A stretch of 63,791 bases of DNA, counting the filler, from Rhizaria sp. SCN 62-66 (Eukaryota): the NCBI GenBank assembly GCA_001724265.1. It is 5 parts of 5 records of this genome, joined end to end, with 100 filler letters (N's around TTAATTAATTAA, not from the genome) between each part and the next. Parts side by side here need not be neighbours in the genome. Positions count along the whole stretch, not along the records: positions 49,562 to 63,791 come from MEDY01000664.1; 4 more parts are not named here. One strand, given 5' to 3'. Each line of letters starts with the position of its first letter. The stretch's first letter is position 1. The position numbers and the translations under genes are program-made. Below, piece by piece: positions 49,462 to 61,646 of the stretch. The notes under the pieces were generated by a model, which did not search any database, was not told the origin of the DNA, and worked only from the letters and a program-made list of their open reading frames with translations.

Positions 49462-49561
49462 NNNNNNNNNNNNNNNNNNNNNNNNNNNNNNNNNNNNNNN
49501 NNNNNTTAATTAATTAANNNNNNNNNNNNNNNNNNNNNNNNNNNNNNNNNNNNNNNNNNNN
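49462..49561. other. Artificial assembly spacer
   Basis: N44-TTAATTAATTAA-N44. Confidence 0.97.
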
Positions 49562-52500
49562 CGTCCGCGCCGTGGCCCGCGCCGCCCGCGGCCGCAGCGG
49601 CGGCGGCGGACACCGCAGCCGGGTCGCGGGGACGCGCGCGGCCCGCGGCAGCGGCCTCGGCGCGGCCCACTGCGGCGGATCTGGCGGCCAGCGCGCCCGC
49701 CTCGGCGGCCAGCAGCGCCGCCGCGGTCACGGCCGCGGGGGTTGCGTCCGCGGCGGCGGTGGCAGCCCTGTGCGCGGCCGCGGCGACGGCGGCCAGCTCG
49801 GGGGCGCCGTCGGCGGCCTGTTGCGACAGACCGAGCGAAAGCAACGCCTGCTAATGCAACGCGCGCGCCGGGAGCCCGCGCACCCAGGCGCCCGCCACGG
49901 TCACCGCGCCCGCGCACTGCGGCAGCGCGGGCTGCGCGCGGCCGTGCGCGGCGGCGGCGGCCGCGGCGGCAAGCGCGGGCGGAAACAGCCCGGTGCACGT
50001 GAGGCCCGCGGTGTGGGGCAGCACGGCCATGGCCACAACCGGTGCGCCGTCGGCCGCGGCGTCCACGCCGGCCGCGGCGGCCGCGGCGGCGTCGGCGGAT
50101 GACGCCGAGAGCACAGGCAGTAGCGGGACCCAGGAAGTCAACCCGCCCGCCACGGCGGCGACGGCGACGGCGGCGGCGGCGGAGCCCGCGGGGGCGGACA
50201 GCAGCGCGCACTCGGCGGCGTTAGCGCGCGTCAGGGCCAGCTCGAGCACCTGCTGGGCCTGGATTGCGCCGACAAGCCCGCTCGCACCTGCATTGAACCC
50301 ACCTGCAGAGCCAGAGCTGTGGCCGTGCGCAGCAGGAGCAGCGGAGCCGCCGCCACAGAGGGCACCGGCAGCCGTCACGGTGCCGAAACGGCTCCTGCTG
50401 CCGCTGTTGGGGTGAGCGTTGGAGGTGCGGTAGTAAGACTCTGCGACGGCGGCCGCTGCGGCCGCGGCCGCGGTGTCGGCCGTCGCCGTTGCTGTTGCCA
50501 TCGTGATGATGTCCGTGACGGGGCTCCAGCCGGGCAGCATCAGCGCCGCGCCAGTCACACTGCCCGTTGTGGCCGACGCAGACAGCGGCGCGGCGGCGGC
50601 GCCGCTGCTGCTGAGCGCGAGGCCCGTCGCGGACACCGAGGCCGGCGTGGCCGTGGTCGCGCTGAGGCGGCCGGCGAGGATGCGGCAGACATGCGCCGCC
50701 ACTGCGTGGTCGTACACGCTCTCTAGCACGTCGCCCAGCCGAGCCAGCGCTGCGCGCGCCACGGCCACGTGCACGGCGGCCGCCGCGGGCAGCGCGCCCG
50801 CCAGCGCCAGCCGCGCCGGGTCCGCCAGCGGCGCTGCGGCCAGCAGAGTCGCGAGGTCGGCGCCGCGGCCTGCACTCGCGGCGGTGTTGAGCGTGGGGTG
50901 CGCGCTGGCGACAAGCAGCGCGGCGACCGCGGGCCACGCGCGCACCAGAGCCGGCGCGGCCTTGTGCGCCAGCGCGTTGTAGGCCGTCACGTGCGCGGCC
51001 AGCGGCGACGCGCACGAGGCCTTGAAGGCGTTGAGTTTGGCCGCGTGCGCGCTCACGGCCGCGAACAGCGGCTCCAGAGCGGCGTCGCGCGCGGCGACCA
51101 CTGCGGCCACGACGCCATCGCTGCCGTCGGCGGCCGCGGAGGCGGAGGCGGAGTGCGCGGCGAAGGCGGCGTACTGTGCCTGTGACAGCGCGAGGGTGAT
51201 TGAGAGCGCGGAGCCGGCGGGCACGTGCAGCGGCGCGGCCGCGGCGGCCAGCGCCTGCGCCAGCAGCCGCGGACATGGCGCGGCCAGCGCGACCGCCGCG
51301 ACGGGTTGCTGTGAGCGCAGCAGCAGCGCGACGGCGCCGGCGCGGTTGCCCGCCGCCAGCAGCGTCTGCGCGCGCAGCAGCGCCGACGCCGACTCGACCG
51401 CAGCGGCAGCAGGGCCGGCGTTGCTGGCGGTCGCAGGGGCAGCGGGCGCGGGCGCGGGCACCGGGGCGGGGGCGGCGGCGAGCAGAGCGCGCGCGGCGGC
51501 GGCGAGGTTCGCACTGACTGGCTGCGGCACCGGCAGAGCAAAGGAAAAGGCGTCGCAGGCCGACTTACTGTTCATGTTTCTGGTCTCGTCGTTGGTGTCG
51601 ACCGCGGTGGGCTCGAGCGCCGCGATGAGAGTCGCCAAGGGACGGCAGCTCTGCTCACAGTCGCCTCCCGAGGACGGAGACGAGGCGCCGACGGCAGCAC
51701 CAGCAGCAGCGTTGCCTGCATTGTTGTTGGCGTTGGCGTTGATCTCAGCGGCGGCGCTGCCCTTAAGCGCGGAGACCGAGGCCTTGACACCCGAGACAAG
51801 CTTGCTGAGGCCCAGAGAGCCCGAGCTTTTAAGACGGCTCGCCAGCGACCCGGTGTTGCTGTTGTTGCTGCCGGAGCCAGCGGGCGCAGCCGCCGTCGCG
51901 TCCGCGCTGCCGCCGTCCGCGGCGCCCTTTCTAGCAGTGCTGCTTGTAAACAGTGCGGCGTCGCCGTTCGCGACCGCGGCGTCGAGCAGCAGCGCGGCCG
52001 CAGCGGCAACGGCACCGCTCGTCTCCACACCGTCAGTATTCGCGCTCGCATGAGCAGCAGCAGCAGCAGCAGCAGCAGCGGTGGCGGTGGCGGCAGCACC
52101 GGTGTGGTTCCGCGCGTAGTCGAGCAGCAGCGCGCAGACCGAGCGCTCGAACAGCGACAGCTGCTCATCGCCCGCACCCGCGCCGCTGGCGGGCACGTCC
52201 CCGTTGGCATTCGCCCCAGTGGCGGCGGCGGCGGCCGCGTCGGTGGCGGCGGTGGCAGCGCGCGTCACCTCGCCGATGACGCGCCAGAGTAACGCCAGCT
52301 CCTGCTCCTGCCCCGCGGTCGCCTGCGCGGCCATGGTGCTCAGCGCGTTGGTGTTGCCGCCCGCAGCAGAAGTCGCGGCGGCGGCGCGCGCGGCCCACGC
52401 GTTGCCTCGCGCGCCATGGGCGGCGGCGCGGCCGGCGATAAAGCGGGCGAGAGCAGCCGCCGCGGCGGGGGCGGCCGAGTGCGCCAGCGCGTGCGGCGTG

Positions 52501-53858
52501 CCCGTCAGAGGGCCAGGAAAGGCCGATAGGGAGAGCACAGGCAGCGATGACGATGACGTTGCATTCGCACTGGCATTGGCCGTAGAACTAGCGTTGGCGA
52601 GCGAGAGCAGAGGAGCGAGCTTGGGGAAGACTGAACAGCCAGAGCGAGTGTGGGCCGCAGCGGCAGACTGGGCAGCAGAGTGACCGTGGGCGGCTGAGTG
52701 ACCGTGGGCGGCGGCGAGCGAGCCCGGGGCCGCGTTCGCGAGCACGAGTGCGCCCGAGGGGGCGAAGGTGGCGAAGACGCGGCCGCCGGCCTTGGGGCAG
52801 CGGGCCAGAGGCACCTGGGCCGGTGCATTCAGAGCAGGGGCGGCAACAGCAGCATGGGCGGCGGCAGGCATGGCGTTGTGCACAGGCGCAGTGGCGGTGG
52901 GCGCGGGGGCATAGACGGAGGCAGCAGCGGCGGCAGCGGCCGGCGGGGGCGCCATCTGAGCGGGGTAGGCGTTCATGCTGTCACTGGCAGCCGTATTGGG
53001 GCTGCCAAAGGCGACCGCGGGCTGCGGCGGCTGCGCTTGCGGCTCAGGCTGACACTGCGGCTGCGTCTGTTGCACTTGCAACTGAGGCTGTTGAGGCTGA
53101 GGCTGTTGCAGGGGAGCTGGAGGCTGTGACGGCTGCAGCGGTTGCAGAGGCTGCAGGGGCGGCAGTGGCGCCAGGCCCGGGAGCGGCGACAGAGACGCCA
53201 TTGCAGCGGCACTCGCAGCGGCCTCTGCAGCAACAGCAGGAGCAGCATGAGCAGGAGCATGAGCAGCAGTAATGTCTGAGGCTTGTTGGCCATAAGGGGC
53301 ACCGTATACACCGTAGGGGCCAGCGGCGCTGCTATCGCCAAGCGCGGACAGCACAGACGCAACGGGCTCCGGCACAGCGGCAGCAGCAGCAGGGACAGCG
53401 GCAGCCTCAGGGACAGCGGCGGCAGCAGCGTCGTAGTTGCTTCGCTGAGGAGGCATACCGTATCCCAGTCCGTAGTCGTCTCTTGCGCCCGAGAACGTGT
53501 CGAAGATGCCATTGGACTCTCTATGGGCGTCGAACTGGGTCTGGGTCGTGGTAGCAGCAGGCGCAGCGTGCGCAAAGGAAGCGGGCGCAGCCGGGGCAGA
53601 GGCAGGTGCACTGTAGTCCGCCACAGGAGAAGCTGGGGCGGCGGAGGCTGCGGCGGGCTGCGCTGCAGTGGGGGCAAACTGGGCCAAGTGCGGCGGCAGC
53701 GTTGCGGGGGCGTCAGAGTTAAACACGGGTCCGGCGTCGGAGAACATGGAGAAGGCCATGTTGTCCACCATAAGCGCAGATGAGGAAGCCGAGGCTGCTG
53801 CGGCGGCGGGGTCATCCGTCTGGTCTGCGGCGAACGCAGAGCCAAATGGGGATGACAT
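49562..53858 (-). CDS. SEC16: Sec16-like COPII/ER-exit-site scaffold, 3' partial, with in-frame TAG at 49851-49853
   Basis: Ordered motifs of the Sec16 central conserved domain: ATFAPSGALVL (FGFGGKL-like), SAFPGPL, LALLWRVI, QTLLAAGNRAGAV, RLGDVL...AAHVCRILAG, IQAQQVLELA, LLSLGLSQQA. Disordered P/Q-rich N-terminus. Confidence 0.7.
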
Positions 53859-54352
53859 CGCTACGCAGGAAAGATAAACGAAGTGAACGGAGATAGATTG
53901 TCAACGGGAGTAGTCAAAAGTTCGGTGATCAAGCTAATGAAGTTCGTTATATGTGCGAAATAGTCCCGGGAAGGGGGTTGGGTCGCATGGCTGAGGGAGG
54001 GCAGATATGGTCACAGCGAAACGGGCGAATACACATCGTCGTGCTTCGTTCTCAGAGAGTCCACTTCTAAAAAAGATAGAATTATACACAAAAAATCTCA
54101 AACACAAACAATAATGCTATTGCACGTTCACCATGCAGTTCTAAGGACAATGTGAGATCCCCCTCAAAGCCGACGTGCTATGCTTCACAGTCACTTTTTT
54201 CGGTCCTTACAGCCGCCGATTCGACAGCACGCGCTGTGACTTGAAAAACCACTTTCAAGTTCAATTCTACAACAACGTAAGCCTCAATCGAATTTCTGTC
54301 TATGTATTACTATAATTTACGCTATATAAATTCCCAATTCAGTCCATTTGGA

Positions 54353-57300
54353 TCAATCACGCTCCAAACTGCGCTTCACCTGCCCTTGCAGTTGCTGTCC
54401 TTGCTGCTCTTGGTGGCTCAGCTGCTGCTGGTTTTGCGCAGCCCTGGCTTCCATAACTCGCCACAGCCGGCGGTCCTCCCCGCGCCACTGCGCCCGCGCC
54501 AGTGCCGCCGCAACCGCAGCCGTCTCTGCCTCCGCCGCAGCAGCGGCCACAGCTTCAGCACCACTGTTTGCGTTGGCGACGCTCTGCGACGCCGCCGAGG
54601 CCGAGGATAGTGCCTTGCGCAAGTTAAGCCGCGCCCGCGCAAGACTAGCGGCGACCTCGCGCCCCTGCCTGCGGCGCTCGCGGCGCGCCGCTTTGAGCAC
54701 GGCCCGCCACATCGAGTCGCCGACCACCGCCGCGGCCAGCTCGATCACTGACACAGTCAACGCCGCATTCGCACTCGCGGTCACCGTCACCGCTGGAGCG
54801 GCAGCAGCAGACGTGGCCGCAGAAAAAGCGCTGCTGCCGCTGCCATCTTGCTGCTCTTGATGACTAAGTGCCTCGTGGCCAAGTACCCCGTCGAAGACGC
54901 CCTCCGCGAAGAGCTCTGCGACGCCGGTGCCCCATCCGGGCACGGGGGCCCACACGCTGGCTCCCGCGTCGCAGAGCGCGGCGGCTACGGCGCGCGCGCG
55001 CGCCGAGCCGCGCAGCACGGGGAAGACGAGGGGCGGCGAGCCGCAGGGGCAGGCACGTCCGGGGTCCGCGCCCCAGTGCAGCAGCAGCTGCACCAGGGGC
55101 AGCGGCAGGCCGTCGCGGACGCAGACCTGCAACGCGGTGCAGTTGGCAACGGGGCCGCCGCTGCCGGCAGCGGCGGCGGCGCAGTCGCCGAGGTTTGTTA
55201 CAGAGTCCGAGCCCAAGCCTGAGCCCGAGCCAGACTCGGCGTCATCGTCATCATCACCTACGCCGGCATTTTTGCTGTGATGGCCGAACTCGCCGCTGTC
55301 GTTGCTGTTTGTGGCAACCGCAAGCGCCGTGAGTGACTGCGCCAGCGCGTCCCTGAGCGCGCGCGTCCGCGCCTCGCCCGGCACCGCGGGCGCCACGGCG
55401 TCCACGGGCGCCCCGTGCGCCAGCAGCCCTGCCAGCACGGCCAGCGGGCCCTCCGCCGTCGCAACCGCCGTCCCCGTCGCAGTTGCGGTGTGGTTGAGGT
55501 CGGTGCTGTGTTCAGAGATGAGGGCGGCGGTGGCGCGCGCGGCGGCCTTCGCGGCGCGGGCGGCGCAGTTCGCGGCGGCGGCAGAGGCGGCAGAGGCGGC
55601 GAGGTCGGCGGCGTTCTCGGCGGCGTTGTTGCCAATGATGTGGGCGCGCGAAAGCAGAGCGAATGGCGGCGGCGAAGGTGAGAGTGTCGAGAGCGGGGAA
55701 GCTAAGTCGCCAAACAATGAAGGTAAGCCGCCACTGACAGGAAAGAGACGACTCGCACTGGATGGGCGCGCACTGAACACAGCGCTGTCATCACTTGCAT
55801 TCACACGCATACTCCCCAGCTTAGTTACGTTTCCAGACGCAGCCACAGCCTCAGTCGGAGCTGCTGTGGCAGCATTGCTGTTGTTCCGCTGCTGATCTTT
55901 GGCAGTGTCAATGAGAGCTCGCAAGTCATGCTCCAACTGGGGGTCAACACCGTCGGTACTGAGACGACGCGCGGCACTTACACCAGGGGTGCTTACATCA
56001 GAGGTACTTACATTAGCAACGGCTGCTTTAGCGGCGGCCCTGGCGGCAGCAGCTGCGCCCTCAGCCGCAGCCACGCTCGCAGCCCCCAACGCGTCCGCCG
56101 CGGATAAAGCGGCAGCGGCGGCACTGAGGGAGACGCTTTTGCCGCTCGCGTTGCTGCTGGTACGGGCGTAACAAGAGAGCTTTGAGCGCCACTTGATGTC
56201 GTAGTCGCCGCCACTCTCGCTGTCACTGTCAACATCACTCGCGCTGGTGCTAGAGTTAGAGTTCACACTGCTACCGTTGACACCGCCACCGACGTCGATC
56301 GTGATGCTGCCATCAGACTTTGCTGTTGCGTTGCCTTGCGTTGCTGCAGCTGCGTGTGCAGTTGAACTCGACGATGGTGGCGTGAATGCGTCGGCAAACT
56401 CAAGGATTTGACACCAAAACGCCTCCGTCAAAAACATCGTCATCAGCTTCTCATGCTGCATCTCGCTTTCACTCCTTTGCTGGTGTTGTTGCTGTTGCCG
56501 TTTGAGCGCATTCTCTTGAATATCCCACTCCCGGGCTCGCGCCAGCAACCCCACCTCGGTGCCGCCGTAACTGACCGTGGGCGCCCCGTACCCGTGCCCG
56601 ACTGTGGGCGCGAACGCGTAGCCGACCATGGCATCCCCCGTCAAACTGCCCGCGGGCAGCGCGCTCCTCTCCGTCACCGAGGAGCCGCCGGCGACCTTGC
56701 ACAGCCCCGCGGCTGTGGGCCGGCCCCCCGCGGCCACGAGCGCAGTGACGACCGCGGCGGGCCTGCCGAGCGCGAGGGCGACGTCCACGGGCCCCGTGCC
56801 CGCGAGCCACCCCGAGCTGTGCCCCACCGCCGAGGCGGGGTCCGCGCCCGCGCGCAGCAGCAGCGCGGCGGCGGCGGCGGCGGCGGGCCCGGGGTGGTGG
56901 AGCGCAACCCAAAGCGGGGACGCGCCGTCCGCATCGCGGTGGTTCGGGTCCGCGCCCTGGGACAGGAGGAAGCGCACAGCGGAAAGCGAGGAGGCGGGCA
57001 ACGGAGCCAGGGACGCGGGGTGACGCGAGGCGACAGATGCAGCTGTCAAACGAGAGCTCGAGCTCGAGCAGCTGGCGCGAGAGACAGAGGTAGAAGTTGC
57101 TGCAGTCCAGTCGATGGGAGGGGTGGCGAGGTCGGACTCGCGGAGCGCGCGTGCCGCTGCCAAGTTGCTGCGAGCTTGCTCCAGCGCTAACAGCGATGAT
57201 GACAATGACGACGACTGCATCTTCGCAGGAGTAGTCGTGTGCGAATGAGACAATGCTGCAGCAGCTGGCGCTTCTACTGCAGCTGCAGACGCTTCTTTGG

Positions 57301-59896
57301 CTTCCTCATTTGACACCAAACCAGCCCCAGTCTCGGTCTCAGCTTTCGCTCCCGCTTGAGCCACGGCGGCCGCAGCGGTGGCAACCGCGGCCTCAGCGGC
57401 TTCGATGGCGGCGGCGTGGTAGGCCGCGATCAGCGCCACGGCGCGCGCCGTCGGCCGCCGCTGCAGCACGTCGAGCAGGGTGGCGCCTGACGACGACTGT
57501 GAGAGCAGAGCCACGCGGGAGGCGCGCAGCGCGGACTGAGTTGAGAGCGGGTGTGGCGGTGCCTGCGACTGGAAGTGTGGCTGTACACTAGACTTGTTCA
57601 TGTGGGCTGACACAGCTTGGCTGGAGGTGTCTTTGTTTTGGGGAGATAAGTAGAAGCCGTTGCCCGCTCCACCATGCCCACAGTCATTCGAGTCCTCACC
57701 ACACTCTCTATCGCCGTCGACGTCGTCATCGTCGCGCATGCCGCTAGCGTCGCGCTCACGGTCAGTCGAGGCGTCCTGCTCACAGTCACTAGCGTCGAGT
57801 TGCGAAGTCGAGACCGGAAAATCGTAGCTGCTGTCAAGAGACAGCGAGCAAGGTGAACCCAGCGACTGAGAGACTGCCATCGACTGTGGGCTCAGCAGAG
57901 TGCGACTCGTCTCGCCCGCAGCAGCAGCAGCAGCAGCAGCTGTGGCAGCGGCAGTTGCGCTGACAGGGGACTGTCGGGCGCGCTGCCGTTGCCGCAGAGG
58001 CAGAGCCTGCGCCTGCGCCTGCAACTGCTCATGCTGTTGCTGCTGCTTTAGGTGCTGCTGCTTCTGCTTTTCTGCCTTCTCTTGCGCCTTGCGCTGCCGC
58101 TCTTGCTGCTGCAACAGCTGGTGCTGCAGCTGCTCTTGCTGCTCGACCGTCATGAAGCTCACGAGAGGCTTGCTCGACTGCGGAACACGTGCCTGGTCCT
58201 GTCGCGGGTATCCGTGACTCGCGCCGGCACGCGTGCTGCTAAAAGTGGCACTTACACTCGCGTCAAGAGCGTCTAAGTAGCCCATCATGTCTAAGGGGCT
58301 AGCACCATCGTCAGTAGCGCCAGAGCCAGAAACACCAGTCGCGTTGTTGTTGTTGTTGTAGTCGCTGCTATCTGAGGCTGAGTTCAGCACGGAGCATAAG
58401 GCAGATGTAGAGGCAGGAGCAGAGGCCGACGGTAGCGGCGACGACAGAAACAGGTCAAACAAACTCTGATCAGAGTCCCCGACCGCGCTCGCGCTGCCAC
58501 AGATACTGGCACTTGCGTTCGCATTTGAGGCTGTGTGAGAGCCACTCGTGAAACTCGCACTTGGCAAGCTCGTGTCTTTGTCACTCACGGCGCCCGTGCT
58601 TGTATCGCTATCGTCGGTAGTGCCATATGATGCCATTACCGAAGCAAAGTGCGAGTGGACATTGTTGTTGTTCAAGTTGAGTGCAATGTCAATCTTGCGA
58701 GTCCCGTCTTCATCGGGCGCAGCCAAACTTTCCTCCACGTCCAGGCCCCACAGTGATGCCAGAGATAGAGGCTGCGCCTGCGAGTCGATCTCAGTCTCAG
58801 ATTGCGACTGAGACCGAGACTACGACTTTGAAGCTGAAGCCAAGCCACTTTTCGCAGAGGTCGCGCTGCCTTGCTTGTCCGTCACAGATGACGCTGACAA
58901 TGATGTGATTCCAGAGACCAGCAGTGACATGTCGCCGTCGGGCTGGTGTTGGCTGTGGCGCCGCGTTGGCCGCGATTGTTGTGTTGCGCTAGGACTTCCG
59001 CCCCCGATCACAGTCGCAGCGTCACCCATAGGCACTGACAAAGCAGCTGTTGCTGCTGTTGATGCCGATGCTGCAGCTGGTGAAGCTGCAGCAGTTAATG
59101 ATGACGCCATGCGTTGAGACCGCAACAGCAGTGTACTGAGCACGGTCGACGCTGACGATTGCGACAGCGACTGGGACTGGGACTGGGGCAACGATTGTGA
59201 CGCTGTCTCGGACTGAGACAACTGCGTCTGTGCCGTTGACGCCGGGTCGGGGTCACGTTTGGCGCAAGCGCCGGTACTCGCCACACCGGCAACAACAGCA
59301 ACAGTAGCACGGGGAGTCGACTTGACAGACTGTGACACAGGCAGCGACTGCAGCGATGACGGCGCAGACGACGACGATGACGACGAGGACGACGTTGTCG
59401 CAAGCAATGACAGCGATGACGGAGCCACGCGTGCCCTTGCAGCTTCAGCACGAGCGCCGTCGGCCTTAGTGACAGCAGCAACACCTGCAGCTGGAGCGGC
59501 AATGGAGCTGCCACTGCCGCTGCTGCTGCGGCGCCCAGCGCTAAGGGCACGGACAGTGGCGGTGCTGCTGCTGTTGTAGCTGCCACTTGCAGCGCCGAAG
59601 AGCACTGATATCGCACTGGCACTGGCACTAGCGCTGCTGTTGAGAGTGTTTGTGTTTGCGTAGTTGCTAGTGGTGTTCGACACAGTGCGCACTGAAGACC
59701 CAACAGCAGGTTGCGCAATCGTTGCAGCCGGACTCTTCACAAGGACATGCGCTGCAGCGCTGCGTTGTGCTAAAAGTGGCGCATCTGCTGCTGTAGAGGC
59801 TGCGGTGGACGCAATGGGCGAAGAAGCGGCGGCTGCTGGCGAGGCGGTAGAGGTCGGCGCCGAGCCTGGGCGGAACGCCTGGCGCCGAATCGACAT
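54353..59896 (-). CDS. Ankyrin-repeat protein with Ser/Gln/Ala-rich N-terminus (1847 aa if TAG 58820-58822 is read through)
   Basis: VRFLLSQGADPNHRDADGASPLWVAL, LLLRAGADP and TALQVCVRDGLPLPLVQLLLHWGADP. ORFs 58820..59896 and 54353..58738 are in the same frame, separated only by one TAG. Stop is TGA. Confidence 0.8.
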
Positions 59897-60489
59897 CGAT
59901 ACAAGTGCAACCGCCGTCGATCAGCAAGGCAACTGCGCACTATCAGGGTTTTAAGTAAACTTGATTGATCTGAATTTGAGTTGATGAAATGAGAGAGTCA
60001 GAAGGGGAAGTGGGACGAAAGGCGGGAAGATGAGGCGAGGACTCTCAACGACTCAGGGCCGCTAGGATGAAAATCAACGGGAGTTGAATTAAAATCATAA
60101 AATCCAAGTACTAATTCATACGAAATACTCTAAAATGCCACTGGCGTCTAATTTGACGGTCGCTACATGGTGTTCTGCACTGTTTCCTCAATGCCGTGAT
60201 TGGCGCGATCTTCTTTACACCGCGGCCACCACAAGTTCGCACTCTGACGCTAATAGTCGAGATACGCCATGAAATCAACAATCTGGTCTGTATTCCGTTA
60301 CTATACAGCGCTGCCTTATGCAGCTCAATAATCTAAATAAACTGACGCACAGTGAGACTCTCGCGATCTCATATGCTTTGACATTATAAAACAAGTGCAG
60401 CTCAGCGAAGGCAAAGCCAGGCTGCCATGACACCACCCCATTCACCCAGGCTTTGAGTGGGCGGTGCGCCAAGGTCACCAAGAGCGCGC

Positions 60490-61259
60490 TTAGAGCTCCG
60501 ACTTGAGCCCGGCGGCGGCGGTGGCGGCACCCGCGGAGCCGAACATGGCCTCGTAGTACACGAGCTTGATGATGAGAAGAGCGGCGGTTGCGCCGACCAT
60601 GCGAGTCATGAGCAGCGCGAAGCGCCCGGCGCGGGTCAGCGTGCGGCGCTGCCAGTCAACGAGGGCCTCCATGGCAACCATGACGAAGAGCGGGACCGAT
60701 GTGAGCACGATGAAGAGCGCGATGGTGGAGGACACGGCGCCGACGATGAGCTTGTTGTCGACGAGCAGGGCCAGCGCGCACCACGTCAGGCACCACACGA
60801 TGCACAACGACGAGGAGAGACCAGACAGGACGCACGCCCAGACGGGGATGGGGCCCATCAGCTCGCGCTCCAGGGCGTCGAGGTCCAGGTCCCTGTTGGG
60901 GCCGAACGCGCAGCAGCGTGAACGTGAGGCGGAGATGAGAGGGTGGCATGTTGTGTGAGTGGTAGTACGAGGCGTTAGAAGAAGCGGATAAAGCGTCTAG
61001 TAACTGTTTCAAGAGTAAAATTAGTCATTGACAGTGTAGCACTACCAATTCATATCTGTTAGACATCACGAAAATATGAATCTTAGCAATATAATGCTGT
61101 TTTAGAGTGAGTCCACACGTACTCGTCTTCGGCGTTGAGAGTGACACCCTTCTTAGCAGGAGGCGCAACATCCTTCTTTTTGTTGTTGCCGCCATTGCCG
61201 CCGTTGCTGTTGGCGGAGGAGCGCTGAGAGCCGCTGGTCTGCTTGCTCACTTCAGACAT
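60490..61259 (-). CDS. Small multi-pass membrane protein (about 179 aa), exons 61259-61123 and 60892-60490
   Basis: Phase-2 intron GA|GTACGT...CAACAG|G joins MSEVSKQ...NAEDE to DLDLDALERELMGP. About three hydrophobic helices. Ends KSEL followed by TAA. Confidence 0.75.
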
Positions 61260-61646
61260 GTCGAGTGTGTTGCTGCGAGGCGGCGTTATGGTGAAGTTGA
61301 AGTGTGGCAAGGACAGGGGTCAACAGGGGGAAACGGAAGCGGGGCGTAATTGAGAGGTATAGTCTAATCAACACAAAATAGAAAGGGATAGTATAATAAA
61401 ACACGTATAGATTTCTAAAACGCATGCTAAATTCGGTTTGACGATGAGACCATGGAAAGCTTGCCTCTTTACGAATGTCGGATGTTCGCCACCGACTACG
61501 TCAGCTTCTAGCCGGACCTAAAAAAATGGGCGAAGCATGCAAGCATGCGACTGGCTGGTCGAATCGATCGACGGGCGGGCGTGGGTAACTGATTTGAAAC
61601 GTCGGTAGCGGAGGTGTTTCGTCGTCAAATCGTCCACGCTTCAACT

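Noticed and set aside
7635-49561. Four regularly built TTAATTAATTAA motifs flanked by N runs
   Set aside because: These are artificial contig/scaffold spacers, not biological repeats. Adjacency across them is unproven.
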